Part shown: piece by piece, positions 27,103 to 38,061 of the stretch
Layout: the number at the start of each line of letters is the position of its first letter
How positions within the stretch are numbered: the first letter of the stretch is position 1
Assembly (NCBI GenBank): GCA_050249195.1
Contig: JBFWQY010000020.1
Location: forward strand, 30,081 to 94,080
Reading direction: 5' to 3'
DNA length: 64,000 bases
From: Bdellovibrionales bacterium
GTDB lineage: Bacteria; Bdellovibrionota; Bdellovibrionia; Bdellovibrionales; UBA1609
Translations under genes and position numbers: made by a program
The notes under the pieces: generated by a model
Seen by the model: only the letters and a program-made list of their open reading frames with translations
What the model was told of the DNA's origin: nothing
Databases searched by the model: none

Positions 27103-28433
27103 TCAGTTCAGCGTTATCCCTGTAATGTCCACGTTGACCTTTCTGACTGAGGTAATGAGTTGATGATTGTGATGATGGACGTCCACGCCCAAATTTTTGA
27201 GCTGCTTGATGAGGAGTTTGATCTTGTGCTCTTTGGGATCGCCGCGCATGTACCCAAGCTCTTTGTATTTGTCTCCGGCTAGAATCTTGTAAATGGCCCG
27301 GGCGATTCGGTTTGCAACGGCCACTTTCGCTTTATTTGCAGAGCCTAGTGAAAACTTCCATTTGTTGTACTTTGCCCGATAAAACGAACCCCGTTTGAGT
27401 TTGGCTCCGTGAGCAGCCTGGATAAGGAGTTTTCTAAAATGCGGCGAGCCGTCTCGACACCTTGATCTTTTTTTTTACCCGCGGATTCATTGTTGCCAGC
27501 GGCAACGCCGGCCCAGGCCGCGAACTTCCGCTCGTCCGCGAAGTTTGACACGTCATTGGTAGCTTCGGCGATTATGCCAACTGCCAGAGTCATGTCGATA
27601 CCTGGGATTTTTCGAAGCTCATCGATCAGGTGCGCATAGGGTGTCACGTCAACGGCCAGTTTGCGATCAACTTCCAGTACTCGCGCCTTGAGGTCATCGT
27701 ATTGTTGCATCAACTCATTGATCAGAAAAATATGATTCATCGTAAAACAGTTTGTGAGGGATTTTTTGATTTCTCCTTTCCTTTTGATATTGGTGGTCAC
27801 CGCCGCCGCTAAGACGTCCGCCCGGGTCGTACCCTCGGCCAGGAGTCTGAGCACCTTCTGCCCTGCCACACCAAAAACATCTGAAACCACTGAGCCGAGT
27901 TTGATATTCCCATCCTCAAGGATCCTCTGAACTCTGTTTTTGACGCGCGCAATGTCGTCAGTCAGGTTCGTGCGATGGCGGCTCAATAATCGTAATTGTT
28001 GGAACTTATCCTCCGGGATAAATGAGGCTCTGATCAACCCGAACCTGTGCAACTGCGCGATCCAGTGGGAGTCGTTCATGTCGGTTTTCCTTCCAGGCAC
28101 GTTCCTCATCGTTCTGGCGTTGCCAACCGTACACTTGATCCCCATCTTGGACCACACGTTGTAAACGGGCTTCCAATAAACCCCGGTGCTCTCCATAGCC
28201 ACATCCTGAACCCCGCGCTCCTTGAGAATAACAGCCATTGCCATTAAATCCTCAGTGAACGTACCGCACTCGAATTGTTCGGCCTTTGCCTCCTTGTCCG
28301 CATCACCCTTCAAAATGGTGATCGCCAGGATCTGCTTGTGGACGTCCACTCCGGCAACGTCGGTTCTGATTGCATGCATGGTATGCACCTCCCGTGAGTA
28401 ATAAATCCCCGGAAGACATGAGAAGGGCTGCAC
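27103..28433 (-). pseudogene. IS110-family transposase, frameshifted in an A9 homopolymer
   Basis: Track ORFs 27345..28433 (DEDD-type N-terminus VAGVDVHK…, MESTGVYW) and 27103..27324 (C-terminus AVANRIARAIYKIL). Own translation shows the -1 frame is open from the A-run (27468-27476) to 27103 and reads KKKRSRCRDGSPHFRKLLIQAAHGAKLKRGSFYRAKY…KAKVAVANRIAR. Confidence 0.8.
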
Positions 28434-28679
28434 ATCTGCAAAATTTGCTCATCGAGGGGTATTGCACCCTCATACATAAAGTCCTTTGAGCGCCCAACCA
28501 GCCACGTTCTTTGTCGACCTAATAATCGAGATGTTACACAGGGTGATGTAGGCCAGACGTAGTTCGGCCTTTTTAGCTTCCGAGGATCGACGGTTGGTTA
28601 TCCTAAATCACAAGATTTTGGTAGCTTATGTTGCTGAAAGTCCGCGCAGCGCCTCCGGCGCGCGCGGGTCGCCGTTCTT

Positions 28680-29330
28680 TCATGCATTTAGCAGTCGAAG
28701 CCTGTAGTTAAAAAAGTTCCTGAACGCAAAAGCTCTGTATTGATAGAGCTTTGCGAGCCGGTTGTAGCCTTCAGTTTTGCTCCGTTCGTCAATCCCGTCG
28801 AAAAGTAATTTAAAATTTCCTTGCGCCACTTCATCAAAGTTTTCCTCAGCTTTTTGATTTCCTTCAGTTTCGACAGTCCCATTTGATCCGTCAGTCTCGT
28901 AAATGCCCGCGCCGCCTTGTTTGCTCCGCGTGTTCGGTAAAGTCGGTGTAACGCTTCTTTGTACCAGTAAATCTCTTTGAGCTTTGGATATTGTGTGAGC
29001 CACACATCGAAGGCATTTCGCTCGTAGTACTTTAAGTTATACCTATTTTTGAGCAACAGTCTGCGCACAGGGCTTTTTTCTCTTATCTCCTATGATCTCT
29101 ATTCGAGCCTTGTTGATCAGCAGATTAGTCAGCCTGAGCACGTGGAACTTATCGGCCACGATGATTGCATTGGGAAAAAAATCGGAGATGAACGCGGTGA
29201 CAGCACTCTTTGATGTCATCCCGATCCATCAAGAAGACCTCAAAGCCATGATCGGTGAGCGTCCAAAGTTCCTGCTCGAAAAGCTCTGTATTGAACAGGG
29301 TGACACGGAACTGTCGTAATACTCCGGGCA
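28680..29330 (-). pseudogene. ISL3-family transposase remnant with multiple frameshifts
   Basis: Three minus-strand frames carry ISL3 signatures: FPNAIIVADKFHVLRLTNLLINKAR (about 29110-29190), YWYKEALHRLY…EILNYFSTGLTNG, and TEGYNRLAKLYQYRAFAFRNFFNYRLRLL. Confidence 0.7.
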
Positions 29331-29351
29331 GGGCTGTTGCATGTGATTAAA

Positions 29352-29490
29352 GCGCTTGGAATCTCCTGGGCAGCGCGGGCTACCCGAATCAGTCGGGTGA
29401 TGCTTATCGTATGCTTTCTAAGTCAGGTAATCCGGAACTCAAGAATCTCGTGAAAGTTCTTCACATCGTTGGAATGAGACCGCGGGTCTT
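29352..29490 (+). pseudogene. remnant of a HigA-type (addiction-module antidote) HTH antitoxin
   Basis: …YRMLSKSGNPELKNLVKVLHIVGMRPRV resembles the conserved C-terminus LS..GNP.L.TLLKVL.ALGL.L.V. There is no intact N-terminus. Confidence 0.3.
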
Positions 29491-29980
29491 GAGCACAGAA
29501 TTTGTTTACCGCGGACGGGGCCTCGCTCGACTGCTCAAGGAGAAGCCCGACTGGGTGGAAGCAAGCCCGGGCTGCCGAATCAAGCCAAAGCGATCACCTG
29601 ATAAGCTTTAATGCGGGGATATGGTCAGGAAAGCGGCCGAATCTAATCGAGGGGTTGCCACCGCGCCAGAAATCCAGCACTCTGCCGGGCGGCAAGCTAG
29701 CTAAAAGCTCGTGTCATTGGCAACGCAGGTGCTAAATAAAATTAGTTAACTATAAAGAAATTAGACGCATTTCCAGGTTTGACATTCCAATAAAGTGTTA
29801 TTCCAATAATGAAACACTGTTATCGTCGTAGACATTGTTTAAGTCGTAGGCAATTTTATTTGGATCCCTTGGGCGCCCTTCATCTCCGTAATATTGCCAG
29901 ATACATAATGATACAGCAAAGCGGCCCTCTTTTTGCTTATCTTACTTTTTAATGTGGCTTGAATTTGAGGAATACATGGA

Positions 29981-31891
29981 ATGCAGTATTCATTCAGTGC
30001 GGAAGTGTTGCGAGCAGGGGGGTCAGTCGTGCAGATAATAAAGAGCAGATTTTCGTTGGTCATCGTCTTCACGTACACGGCTCTTGTTGCAGTGCTGCCA
30101 ACCGCTGAAGGTGGACAGACGCGAAGTGCGATCGTGCAAAAAGTGGTTCTTGGCCCATTGAACAGCTGGTTTACTTATACTCACTCCAATGGCTTTTATC
30201 CCAGTCACAGCAATTCCATAGTAGTTGCTCAGTCAATATACGGCACCGACGGCAGAGTTACCAACAAGAACTTGGTCAGCTTTGATTTGGCTAGTGCAGA
30301 GCAAAAGTTCATCCGCAGCAAGAAAACCCTAAGAATGTACTATTCAGTTTCGGAGACTGGATTGGCAGCGGTAGCCGAATACCCCAGTGGCGCCATTATT
30401 TTGCTGGACCTCAAGAATCTAGCGGCCGAAAAGGTGCTATATACGCCTGCCTCGGGCTTTCGCACCTCGGAGCCCGATATCACGCGAGATGGCCGTTTCG
30501 TTCTTTTCGGCGAAACAAATGTGGAGAAAATTGTAAACGGCTTAATCAAGGGCCCGTCGCGCTTGCTCAGGATAAACACGCAAACAGGAGCATTGGAAGA
30601 ACTCACGAGATTTGGTCACACCATTGATCATACGCACTTCTTTCCATTCAATGAAAGCTGGGCTTCTTTCTGCAACGTTAGCTAACTCACGCCCGTAGAC
30701 CGCATCTGGAATTGGCATCAGCAACTAGCGCCCGCCGGAACAAGCCCATTCCAGGCGCAAGGATCTGATGGGCGCTCTCTTGATTTTGGTCATGAGCGAA
30801 GTCTTTTTCACAAGGCCGGCCATGTAGTGGCCGCTTACGCTAGCAGTCTTAGCGAGGACAAGGGCATCTATGTCGTAGATACCGACGGAAAATCTCGCCT
30901 CGTAAGCTATGGGCCTAATGACCTCCATCCGAATGTAAGCCGCGATGGTAAACTGATCGTTACGGATACTCAGAATGGTTTTAATCAATATGAAAACACA
31001 CTTGCAAAAACGGATATCGTTCTCATAAATGCCTCTACAGGTGAGCGAGTAGTGCTTTACACGGCAATGATGGCTAAGGTTCACCCCTATCATGCCCACC
31101 CACACTTTAGCCCCGATGGGAAATGGATTATTTTTAATGATGCCGAACAACAGCGAGTGGTTGCGCTTTCTCTTGATTCTGCGAAATTAAACGCGTTCCT
31201 CAGTCAGGCGCGGGCCAAGTTCACGGCGCCGTGGGGAATCAACTCGGGTACCAGCGCTTATTCCAATGGAGTAGTATTATCCCTCCTAGAGAACGGGAAA
31301 CTAATTGCGCGGAACCAAAGTACTGGGGAGCGACTCTGGGAGTTAGCAACTGGTTCCAACCTGGATTGCCGTGATAAGGGTTGCCATCTCTCGCTACAAT
31401 CCGATGGTAACCTTGTACTCTATCAAGGCAGCACGCCCCTTTGGTATTCCCAAACGAATAAAGGAGGATTTCCCGGCAAGTTTCTGCAACTTTCTACACT
31501 TGAGCCTTACGTAAAGGTGCTATCTGCCAACGGGTCTATTTTATGGGCGAGCACTAACAACTACAAATCTCTTAGCCTCAAACAGGGGCAGTTCGTCCGT
31601 GTAGGTACGGCAATTGACGGTCGTTATCTTGTCATGCAAGGCGATGGAAATTTGGTGATGTATAATGGGGAAAGTTTCTCTGCAAGCAACGCAGTTTGGG
31701 ACACTAAAACCTACGGAGGATCCTGCCTCGCCGGTTGCCATGCGGAGTTTCAGCCAAGTGACGGAAATTTCGTGCTGTATGACGGAGCTCAAATTGTCGG
31801 GAACGCTTACTGGTCATCGAATACCTCAAGGATCGGGGATGTTCTCATGCTTCAGATGGAACCGCCCTACGTGAGAGTTAGGCTCAAATAG
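29981..31891 (+). pseudogene. secreted beta-propeller (TolB/oligogalacturonide-lyase-like) plus bulb-type (B-)lectin protein, interrupted by one in-frame TAA
   Basis: Track ORFs 29981..30685 and 30827..31891 are in the same frame. The only stop between them is TAA at 30683-30685. The C-terminal half carries three QxDxNxVxY motifs (LQSDGNLVLY, MQGDGNLVMY, QPSDGNFVLY). Confidence 0.7.
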
Positions 31892-32072
31892 CTTTGCCTT
31901 CATTTTGAGGATAATGACAGGTAGCTGGGTTCTAGAAATACTGATCTATGAAGCTCGCTGGACAATAAAGTAAGTCTTATTAATGGGATTAACATAAACA
32001 AAATTTATTCTTTCTAAAATTGCCAATGTTGTCCTCCGGTATTTTTCTCTCAAACTAGTGGTTGACGATCGC

Positions 32073-32805
32073 TTATCGTACGATAGCTGGTGCCATCCTG
32101 GGGGTAGTTCTTGTTGGAAGCTCTGTTACAGGTTGTATCGAATATCCGCGTCGAGCTAATAAATTAAGAAGGCCGTTCTGTCCGTAGAGATGACTTTGTC
32201 CAACCGCAAAAAAGGCACGTCCTTGTTCAACCCTAATTAAAATTGCCGGCATCCAGGCCAGATTTCGCGAAACGACCAGCGGACTATTGAGTTCTTCCTC
32301 AGAACCGATTTGACCGAATCGATAAGCATTGAGATCATCTTTACCTTGTTCAATGACGTAGTTGCGGTTGTGAGAGTACTTCAAGCGCACCGCAGTCTCG
32401 GTCGCTCAGTCGTGCTGCCACGCCAGACGGAATGCCATACTCAATCAGCTTCTGCCGGGTCCATTCGCCGACAGGAGTTCCGCCAAAAACCGCCATTTTA
32501 GCCATAGCCGAAAATGGATCTTTGGCATAATCGTAGAGACCGTCCTCCGCCATTACCCGTTCAACACTTACGGATTTGGAGTTTGCTATTTGCTTTTTGA
32601 TATCCCCAGGAAATTCTTCGAAGTCGACCGGAGCATGCGCAATACCTAGAATATAGGATGCCTCGCCGCCGCCCGCGGGAACAGTTCGAAAGTAAGCACC
32701 GCGAATTGTATGCCCTGCGCCTTGAGCCTGAAGGGGTGGCCGGCTCGTCGGTCCACACTCGTGGCCGCTGGTCCAGCTCCTGCGTAATGGCTTAATAGTC
32801 AGCAT
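32073..32805 (-). pseudogene. TraB/GumN-family protein, frameshifted
   Basis: Two overlapping minus-strand ORFs in different frames. The first contains SYILGIAHAPVDFEEFPGDIKKQI, the second FAVGQSHLYGQNGLLNLLARRGYSIQPV. Both are TraB/GumN-like. Confidence 0.5.
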
Positions 32806-32865
32806 TCGACGCGAGTACCGCTCGCGAGACTGTTTTTGCAGGCGAAGGTTTCAACAAGACGCGAG

Positions 32866-33390
32866 CTACATGCCAATCCCGCTAAGCGCGGTCAGCACAT
32901 AGCAATAGAAGAGATGCCGATCCGCCGTATCAAGATTCGGAAATCGTCTACCAATGAACGCACGGCTCACGCCGCTGTCAAAATAGACATCCACTTTGTG
33001 TTCCTGATTGAATAGATCTCTGGCTACCCTCCGCAACTGTAGCGTCTTGAATCCATCTCCTCCCAAAGCGTTGAAAAATTCGATTGCCCGACTGAATAGA
33101 TCATCCTCAATATCTTTCCGGGCCAGTGTTTCCATATGGGAATCGAACGCATGGCGATCATATCCATCAGAATTTCCAACCACCGAGCAGCTGTCGACGT
33201 TTATTTCGCCGAATGCACCCAGCTCGCAAATCCTCACGCGTACACGACCATTCGACATATCTTCCCGAAGAACATACTGCCCTGGCGCACTGGATCTCAC
33301 CCCGTTCTCTTGCGCTCTGGATTGCGGCATGACAAAACTCCAGACGGCAATGATAATGAAAAAAATCTTCGCAAATTTGGTTATTTTCAT
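32866..33390 (-). CDS. secreted hypothetical protein
   Basis: Track ORF 32866..33447. The internal Met at 33390 starts the signal peptide MKITKFAKIFFIIIAVWSFVMPQSRAQ. Confidence 0.5.
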   Translation of the reverse strand: MKITKFAKIFFIIIAVWSFVMPQSRAQENGVRSSAPGQYVLREDMSNGRVRVRICELGAFGEINVDSCSVVGNSDGYDRHAFDSHMETLARKDIEDDLFSRAIEFFNALGGDGFKTLQLRRVARDLFNQEHKVDVYFDSGVSRAFIGRRFPNLDTADRHLFYCYVLTALSGIGM

Positions 33391-33482
33391 GGAATTCGTC
33401 CTTACGCGTACCGTTTCAATTACTTGGGGCCACGATAGTCTCTGCAACTCAAAACGAACTGGAAAACGTTTACTGAGAAAGT

Positions 33483-34082
33483 TTAGACGCCGTCAATTCG
33501 ATAGATGGACAGCCTGTAAAATTGAGCTGATATCCAAGTTCTCGATACATTGTAGGCTGAAATTTGGTCCACTGGTCCCTCGGGCCGCCCGGTGGTAGAA
33601 TCGAATTCGACATCCCGGGCGGAATTCCAAGCGGCCAATACACGGCTGAATTCGCGGTTCTCGGTCACATCGGTTATCCCGCGATAATTTGGTATTGGCG
33701 GAAAAAAACATGGCTGGTTGGCAGGATCCTGTGAACGCCTACAGCACCTACAAAATTGGGTCTATTCTGATCAAGTAACCGATTCGCTTTGCGAGTCACG
33801 CCGGTGAGCGTGAAATGACAATCGGGCTCCTGGCGTGATGAAGCCGGAAGATACGACAAAAGAGGCTGGAGGCTGCGCATCCAAGATCTCCGAGCAGAGA
33901 TGAGAACTGTTCACGTGAACAGCGGATAAGAGGTCGAGCGACAGGAAGACGCGTTCAGCGCCAGATCGGGCGTACGGAGCATCGGAGCCAATGCCAGCCC
34001 GTCCGAAGTTCCATTCCCACGAACTGTGCCCTTCCGATTTGCACCGGGCCGCTGTAAACCGAAGGTTGGCAAGTGAATTCAC
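33483..34082 (-). pseudogene. possible formylglycine-generating-enzyme (SUMF1)-like remnant spread over three frames
   Basis: Fragments HSSWEWNFGRAGIGSDAPY, PNFVGAVGVH and SRVLAAWNSARDVEFDSTTGRPEGP loosely follow the order of the FGE-sulfatase motifs (EAEWEYAARGG; N.FGL.DMHGN; RV.RGGSW…R). This assignment is weak. Confidence 0.3.
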
Positions 34083-34163
34083 TTGGTTTCGCTGAGAGCG
34101 AGACGTTCACAAAAGTGCTTTACGCGTAAGCTTCGTCCGGACAATTTGCAGCTGTTTAAAACT

Positions 34164-34191
34164 TTGACACCGGGGTTCCGGCTTTTACTTT
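34164..34191 (+). promoter_or_regulatory. candidate sigma70 promoter of the 1284-aa gene
   Basis: TTGACA (34164-34169), a 16-nt spacer, then TACTTT (34186-34191). The ATG is at 34207. Confidence 0.35.
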
Positions 34192-34206
34192 GCATGATTC
34201 AGAGGC

Positions 34207-37200
34207 ATGCGGGCTCTTGCTGGATTCCTATTGCTGTTTGGCGTGGCCATGCCGTCCTTTGCCGTCGGTGAGCCCACTCGCTTGCCACTTACCGAGGCCC
34301 TCGACGGGGTAAGCGCCTTGTTCGGCGAGGAACCGACGCATGCGGGTGTGGAGCGACTTTTAATAGAAGGGTTTACTAAATATCGCGACTACACGCCTCT
34401 TTTTGAAAACGACCGCATGTCTTGGGACGGCTATATCGTGGAGGACCTTGAGATCGAGAAGTTCTTTTCGGATTACTACCTCAAGCGCGGAGCCGACGAA
34501 TGGAGATTGGACAGCCCTTGGTTCTATGAGGAATATCCTCACCAACTCAGAGACGCGAGCCTAACCCGGCTCGCCAAAGGCGATGACAGGGACAAACAAT
34601 TTGTTATGACGAGAGTGTTCGAATCGCTTATCTGGTTGCACGACCGATTTGATGAGAACCTAGCCGCTCTCGTACAAAGAGAGCCGATACTGAGAACCGC
34701 CCGCACGACGGCTTTGGCTATCATAGAGTCTGCCCTTGATCCGCCGAAACTGACTGATCTTCCACGCAAGCTCTCGCAGCGCGAGCTTGAGGATCTAGCC
34801 ACTCAGCACGCTCGAGCTCTCTTTGTCACAACTTACGGTTTTGACATCCGTAATGAACCTAAATCTCAATCGACCTACATGAAGCTGGGACTGATGGAGC
34901 TCGAGTCTTCAGTCTCAAAGCTGGCGAACCAAATATCCGAGTGGACCAAAATGCCGTTGGAACGAGCCCGGATTCGTGCCGAAAGAGTGTTCATGCAACA
35001 GTATGGCGTTAACCCGTCTCGGCCGAGCTCGAATTATCTTCTAACTCGGGGCGAGCGTTCTTATACGCGACTGGAGGAAATCTACCACGATCTTTGGGAT
35101 AAGGAACTCTTGGCCGCGGAATTGCTCAATAACCGGCGACCTCGTCCCCCGGATCCACAACATGCAAACGACGGCGATAGCGTGCGAATCGACTACATCG
35201 CGCAGGTTGTCGCTCTTAAGGAACAACTCCTGAAGCACTTTCGTGATTCTTTAGATCCCAACCATTGGCAAATATATGAACGCTTAAATCATCGCACGTT
35301 TCCCGGAGCTGAAGAACAATACAGACTGGCATACGACCCGGCTCGGGAGAGTATTGCCCATCTGAACTGGACCACTCATCGTTCGTGGGGCTGGAGCCAT
35401 CCTTCCATCGCGGATCCATCGCGTCCCAATACAGAATTGGTGCCTTTCTATTTCCCGGAAGATCGACTACGGGATTCCTTACTCAGGGGCCAAGTACGGA
35501 GAGCAAACCTGGAAGGGCATGCCCTCACCAAAGAGAACACTGTGAGCGCGCATTTTCGTAAGAAATTGGAAGAGCGCTCCGTTATCGGAGCTTTAAGAAA
35601 GCCGGGCTCAGACATTTTCTTGGACACAAGCCCCCCTCGCTTCCAAGATTTCGTGTTTCAAGACTTGCATCTGCGGGCTCAGGCATTCGGAACACTCTAC
35701 GTACTTCTCGACGACTTGGAATTCAAACTCAGTAGTTTTGAAGCGGCCAAGCACCGGCCGTTCGCCCGTCTCCCTCCTAACATAGCCGATCAGGAAAGAA
35801 CGAGTCGAGAGCTCCGGGAAATGCCTTCCGAATTTGCCAAATTTGAAGAGAGAACTTACGACAACTGGTTCAAGCCCTTGTTCAATCGCCACTATGCCGA
35901 GTATACGCGCCGGGTTGGGTTTTCTCGTTTCGAATTGTTACGTCTGCTGGCCGTATGGCTGACTCGCAATGCCCCTGATTATTTGTCCGCGCGAGATCAG
36001 TCCGCAGGCCTCACCGATCTATCTCTCATCGCCGCGCCATTTAAAAACGCCGTCGAGCGGTATGCGAGTAAGAAGGAGTTTTGGGAACGTGAATCCTATC
36101 GGGTCAAGTATGAGCCCAAAGCCGACAGCACGGCTGTATCAGCTCGGGCTGCTCCGGTTAAATTAAGAACGGACGCCCCGCTCGCAGAGCCGAGCGGGAA
36201 TGAAAAAGCTCCGCTTCAATACGAGCCCCTTACACACGCTCTCAGTGGCGATGAGGACGGAATCGTCCGAGCTGACACTTTTCATGTTCCCGCTGACCGG
36301 CTGAGCTTTATTAGTGCGCCAATTGTCGTGCATGTGGCCTCTTGGAGCGTAAGCCCGGTAACAGTTTTCGGCCCGCAAAAACTACAAGACCTCGAACCGG
36401 TAACTTTCGCAAAATCGAGCCTGAACCTCTTCAGTCGCCGACGAGTTATGGTCCTCAAGGGGCAACCTGTTCTCGAAAGCAAGATCCTCCCGCTTCTGTC
36501 GCCCATCGGCAGCGTCCTCACCGGACTCCAGGTTTATGATGAAAACGGAAGTTTTATCCCTCCCACTGCCTATGTGCTCCTGAAAAGTGGTTGGGACCAA
36601 GGATATGCCATCCGCTTCACATCGCCCAAGACACCCAAAAACGTGCGCTATCGCGCCTACTATAAGGCGGACCATGACGTCTCTGAGCTGGCAGCATTGC
36701 CCCTCACGCCTGAGGAGCGCAACGTGGTGGACATTCGGCTCCGCAGTGCCCGCGCCAACGTCGTTGCCGATCGAATCAAAGACAAACCGTCTCTATCCCC
36801 CCTTTCTCTCGCACAGGTTTTTGCAAAGAGCTCCTATTATGTGGACTCCACGGCTGAGCCCATCGCGATAGGGGGCCATGAGCCTCATCACTATTCTAAG
36901 CTGGTGACCAAAGATCACTATTTTGTGGGGAATTGTTTACCATCACATACCTTTTTAGAATCGGTTATCGAACCGGTTCTCGCGGGGCGGAAAATCTTCG
37001 TGCAAGTCCGCACAGTCTTATTGATGAACGGGAGGCGCTACCGCGAGGGAGAACCCCTTCACGCCGTGTTGTTTATGAGGAATGAAGCCGGGAAATCGAG
37101 CTGGGTGGATGCAACACCTCACCACGGCCCATTAAAACAGGTCGCGCGCCCTGATACATTTACCATTGGGGGCCTCGTCTTAAGATCTTTGTTTGGCCCT

Positions 37201-38061
37201 CTCGGCCGCGCACTTCTCGATGATCTAAAAGACGCAGCTCAGGATTCGGTCAACACATTTATAGCCAGATTGTCATCCCCGTTCCGTGGAGAGGCTCCCT
37301 TGACCCAAAACTCGGACAAGGTGAATAGTGAAATAGCGGAATTGGAGGGAGAGAATGCGAAAGCTTCGGAGCCAGATAAAGGCACGTCCAAGGCCGCGCC
37401 TTATGCACCGACTGAAAGGGTTGAAGCGGGAAATTCTGAATCGACCAAGAGCCAAAGGCCGGCCGAACAGCAACCCACTGATCCTGTATTCATAGATCCG
37501 ATTCAAAGAGCTTGGGACGCTCAGATCTCTCCTGAATCCGACATGTACAGGGGTTTGAAGTCCGCTCTGACCACCTTGGCGGCAGAGCGTGCCACCATCA
37601 TGAACAAAATGCGCGAGGCCGGAATCGAAAAGGTCGACCGCTCCCACCCAGCCTGGACCGCGCTCGAATTTGCATCCGTCATTATCAGCTACGCCAATGG
37701 CACAAAAAGTTTCGACGAACTCACCCAGGATTTTTCACGTCTCTGGAACATTCCCTTGGATCGCAGGGAACAAACCCCGCTCTCTTACCTCTTGGCTCTG
37801 CGGCAGAAACTGGAATGGGGACTGCGTATTGCTGAGCGAGCTAAGCGCGAGAGCAGAGGTAAACGGCCGGAGGACCGCAATCTGATCCTATTGAGCGAAT
37901 CTCTTGCGACCCAATCCCTCACCCTCACACTGACACCTGGAATGGAATACTGGCATAGGTTGAAAGGCATTTTGGATGATGGGTTGGGCTGTGTCGGTAT
38001 CTTAAACCCGGGCGCCGCCAGCAACTCCATTCATAGCCCTTCAGTACGCAACAATCAGTAG
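34207..38061 (+). CDS. large secreted protein (1284 aa) with a transglutaminase-like cysteine-protease core near the C-terminus
   Basis: The signal peptide is MRALAGFLLLFGVAMPSFAVG. The Cys-His-Asp arrangement is GNC(910)LPSHTF … LH(952)AVLF … WVD(968)ATP, with spacings of 42 and 16 typical of the transglutaminase-like superfamily. Confidence 0.75.
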   Translation: MRALAGFLLLFGVAMPSFAVGEPTRLPLTEALDGVSALFGEEPTHAGVERLLIEGFTKYRDYTPLFENDRMSWDGYIVEDLEIEKFFSDYYLKRGADEWRLDSPWFYEEYPHQLRDASLTRLAKGDDRDKQFVMTRVFESLIWLHDRFDENLAALVQREPILRTARTTALAIIESALDPPKLTDLPRKLSQRELEDLATQHARALFVTTYGFDIRNEPKSQSTYMKLGLMELESSVSKLANQISEWTKMPLERARIRAERVFMQQYGVNPSRPSSNYLLTRGERSYTRLEEIYHDLWDKELLAAELLNNRRPRPPDPQHANDGDSVRIDYIAQVVALKEQLLKHFRDSLDPNHWQIYERLNHRTFPGAEEQYRLAYDPARESIAHLNWTTHRSWGWSHPSIADPSRPNTELVPFYFPEDRLRDSLLRGQVRRANLEGHALTKENTVSAHFRKKLEERSVIGALRKPGSDIFLDTSPPRFQDFVFQDLHLRAQAFGTLYVLLDDLEFKLSSFEAAKHRPFARLPPNIADQERTSRELREMPSEFAKFEERTYDNWFKPLFNRHYAEYTRRVGFSRFELLRLLAVWLTRNAPDYLSARDQSAGLTDLSLIAAPFKNAVERYASKKEFWERESYRVKYEPKADSTAVSARAAPVKLRTDAPLAEPSGNEKAPLQYEPLTHALSGDEDGIVRADTFHVPADRLSFISAPIVVHVASWSVSPVTVFGPQKLQDLEPVTFAKSSLNLFSRRRVMVLKGQPVLESKILPLLSPIGSVLTGLQVYDENGSFIPPTAYVLLKSGWDQGYAIRFTSPKTPKNVRYRAYYKADHDVSELAALPLTPEERNVVDIRLRSARANVVADRIKDKPSLSPLSLAQVFAKSSYYVDSTAEPIAIGGHEPHHYSKLVTKDHYFVGNCLPSHTFLESVIEPVLAGRKIFVQVRTVLLMNGRRYREGEPLHAVLFMRNEAGKSSWVDATPHHGPLKQVARPDTFTIGGLVLRSLFGPLGRALLDDLKDAAQDSVNTFIARLSSPFRGEAPLTQNSDKVNSEIAELEGENAKASEPDKGTSKAAPYAPTERVEAGNSESTKSQRPAEQQPTDPVFIDPIQRAWDAQISPESDMYRGLKSALTTLAAERATIMNKMREAGIEKVDRSHPAWTALEFASVIISYANGTKSFDELTQDFSRLWNIPLDRREQTPLSYLLALRQKLEWGLRIAERAKRESRGKRPEDRNLILLSESLATQSLTLTLTPGMEYWHRLKGILDDGLGCVGILNPGAASNSIHSPSVRNNQ

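Noticed and set aside
30725-31150. 141-aa minus-strand ORF across the junction of the two lectin-gene halves.
   Set aside because: It is antisense to a continuous plus-strand frame with clear propeller and lectin motifs. It is a likely shadow ORF.
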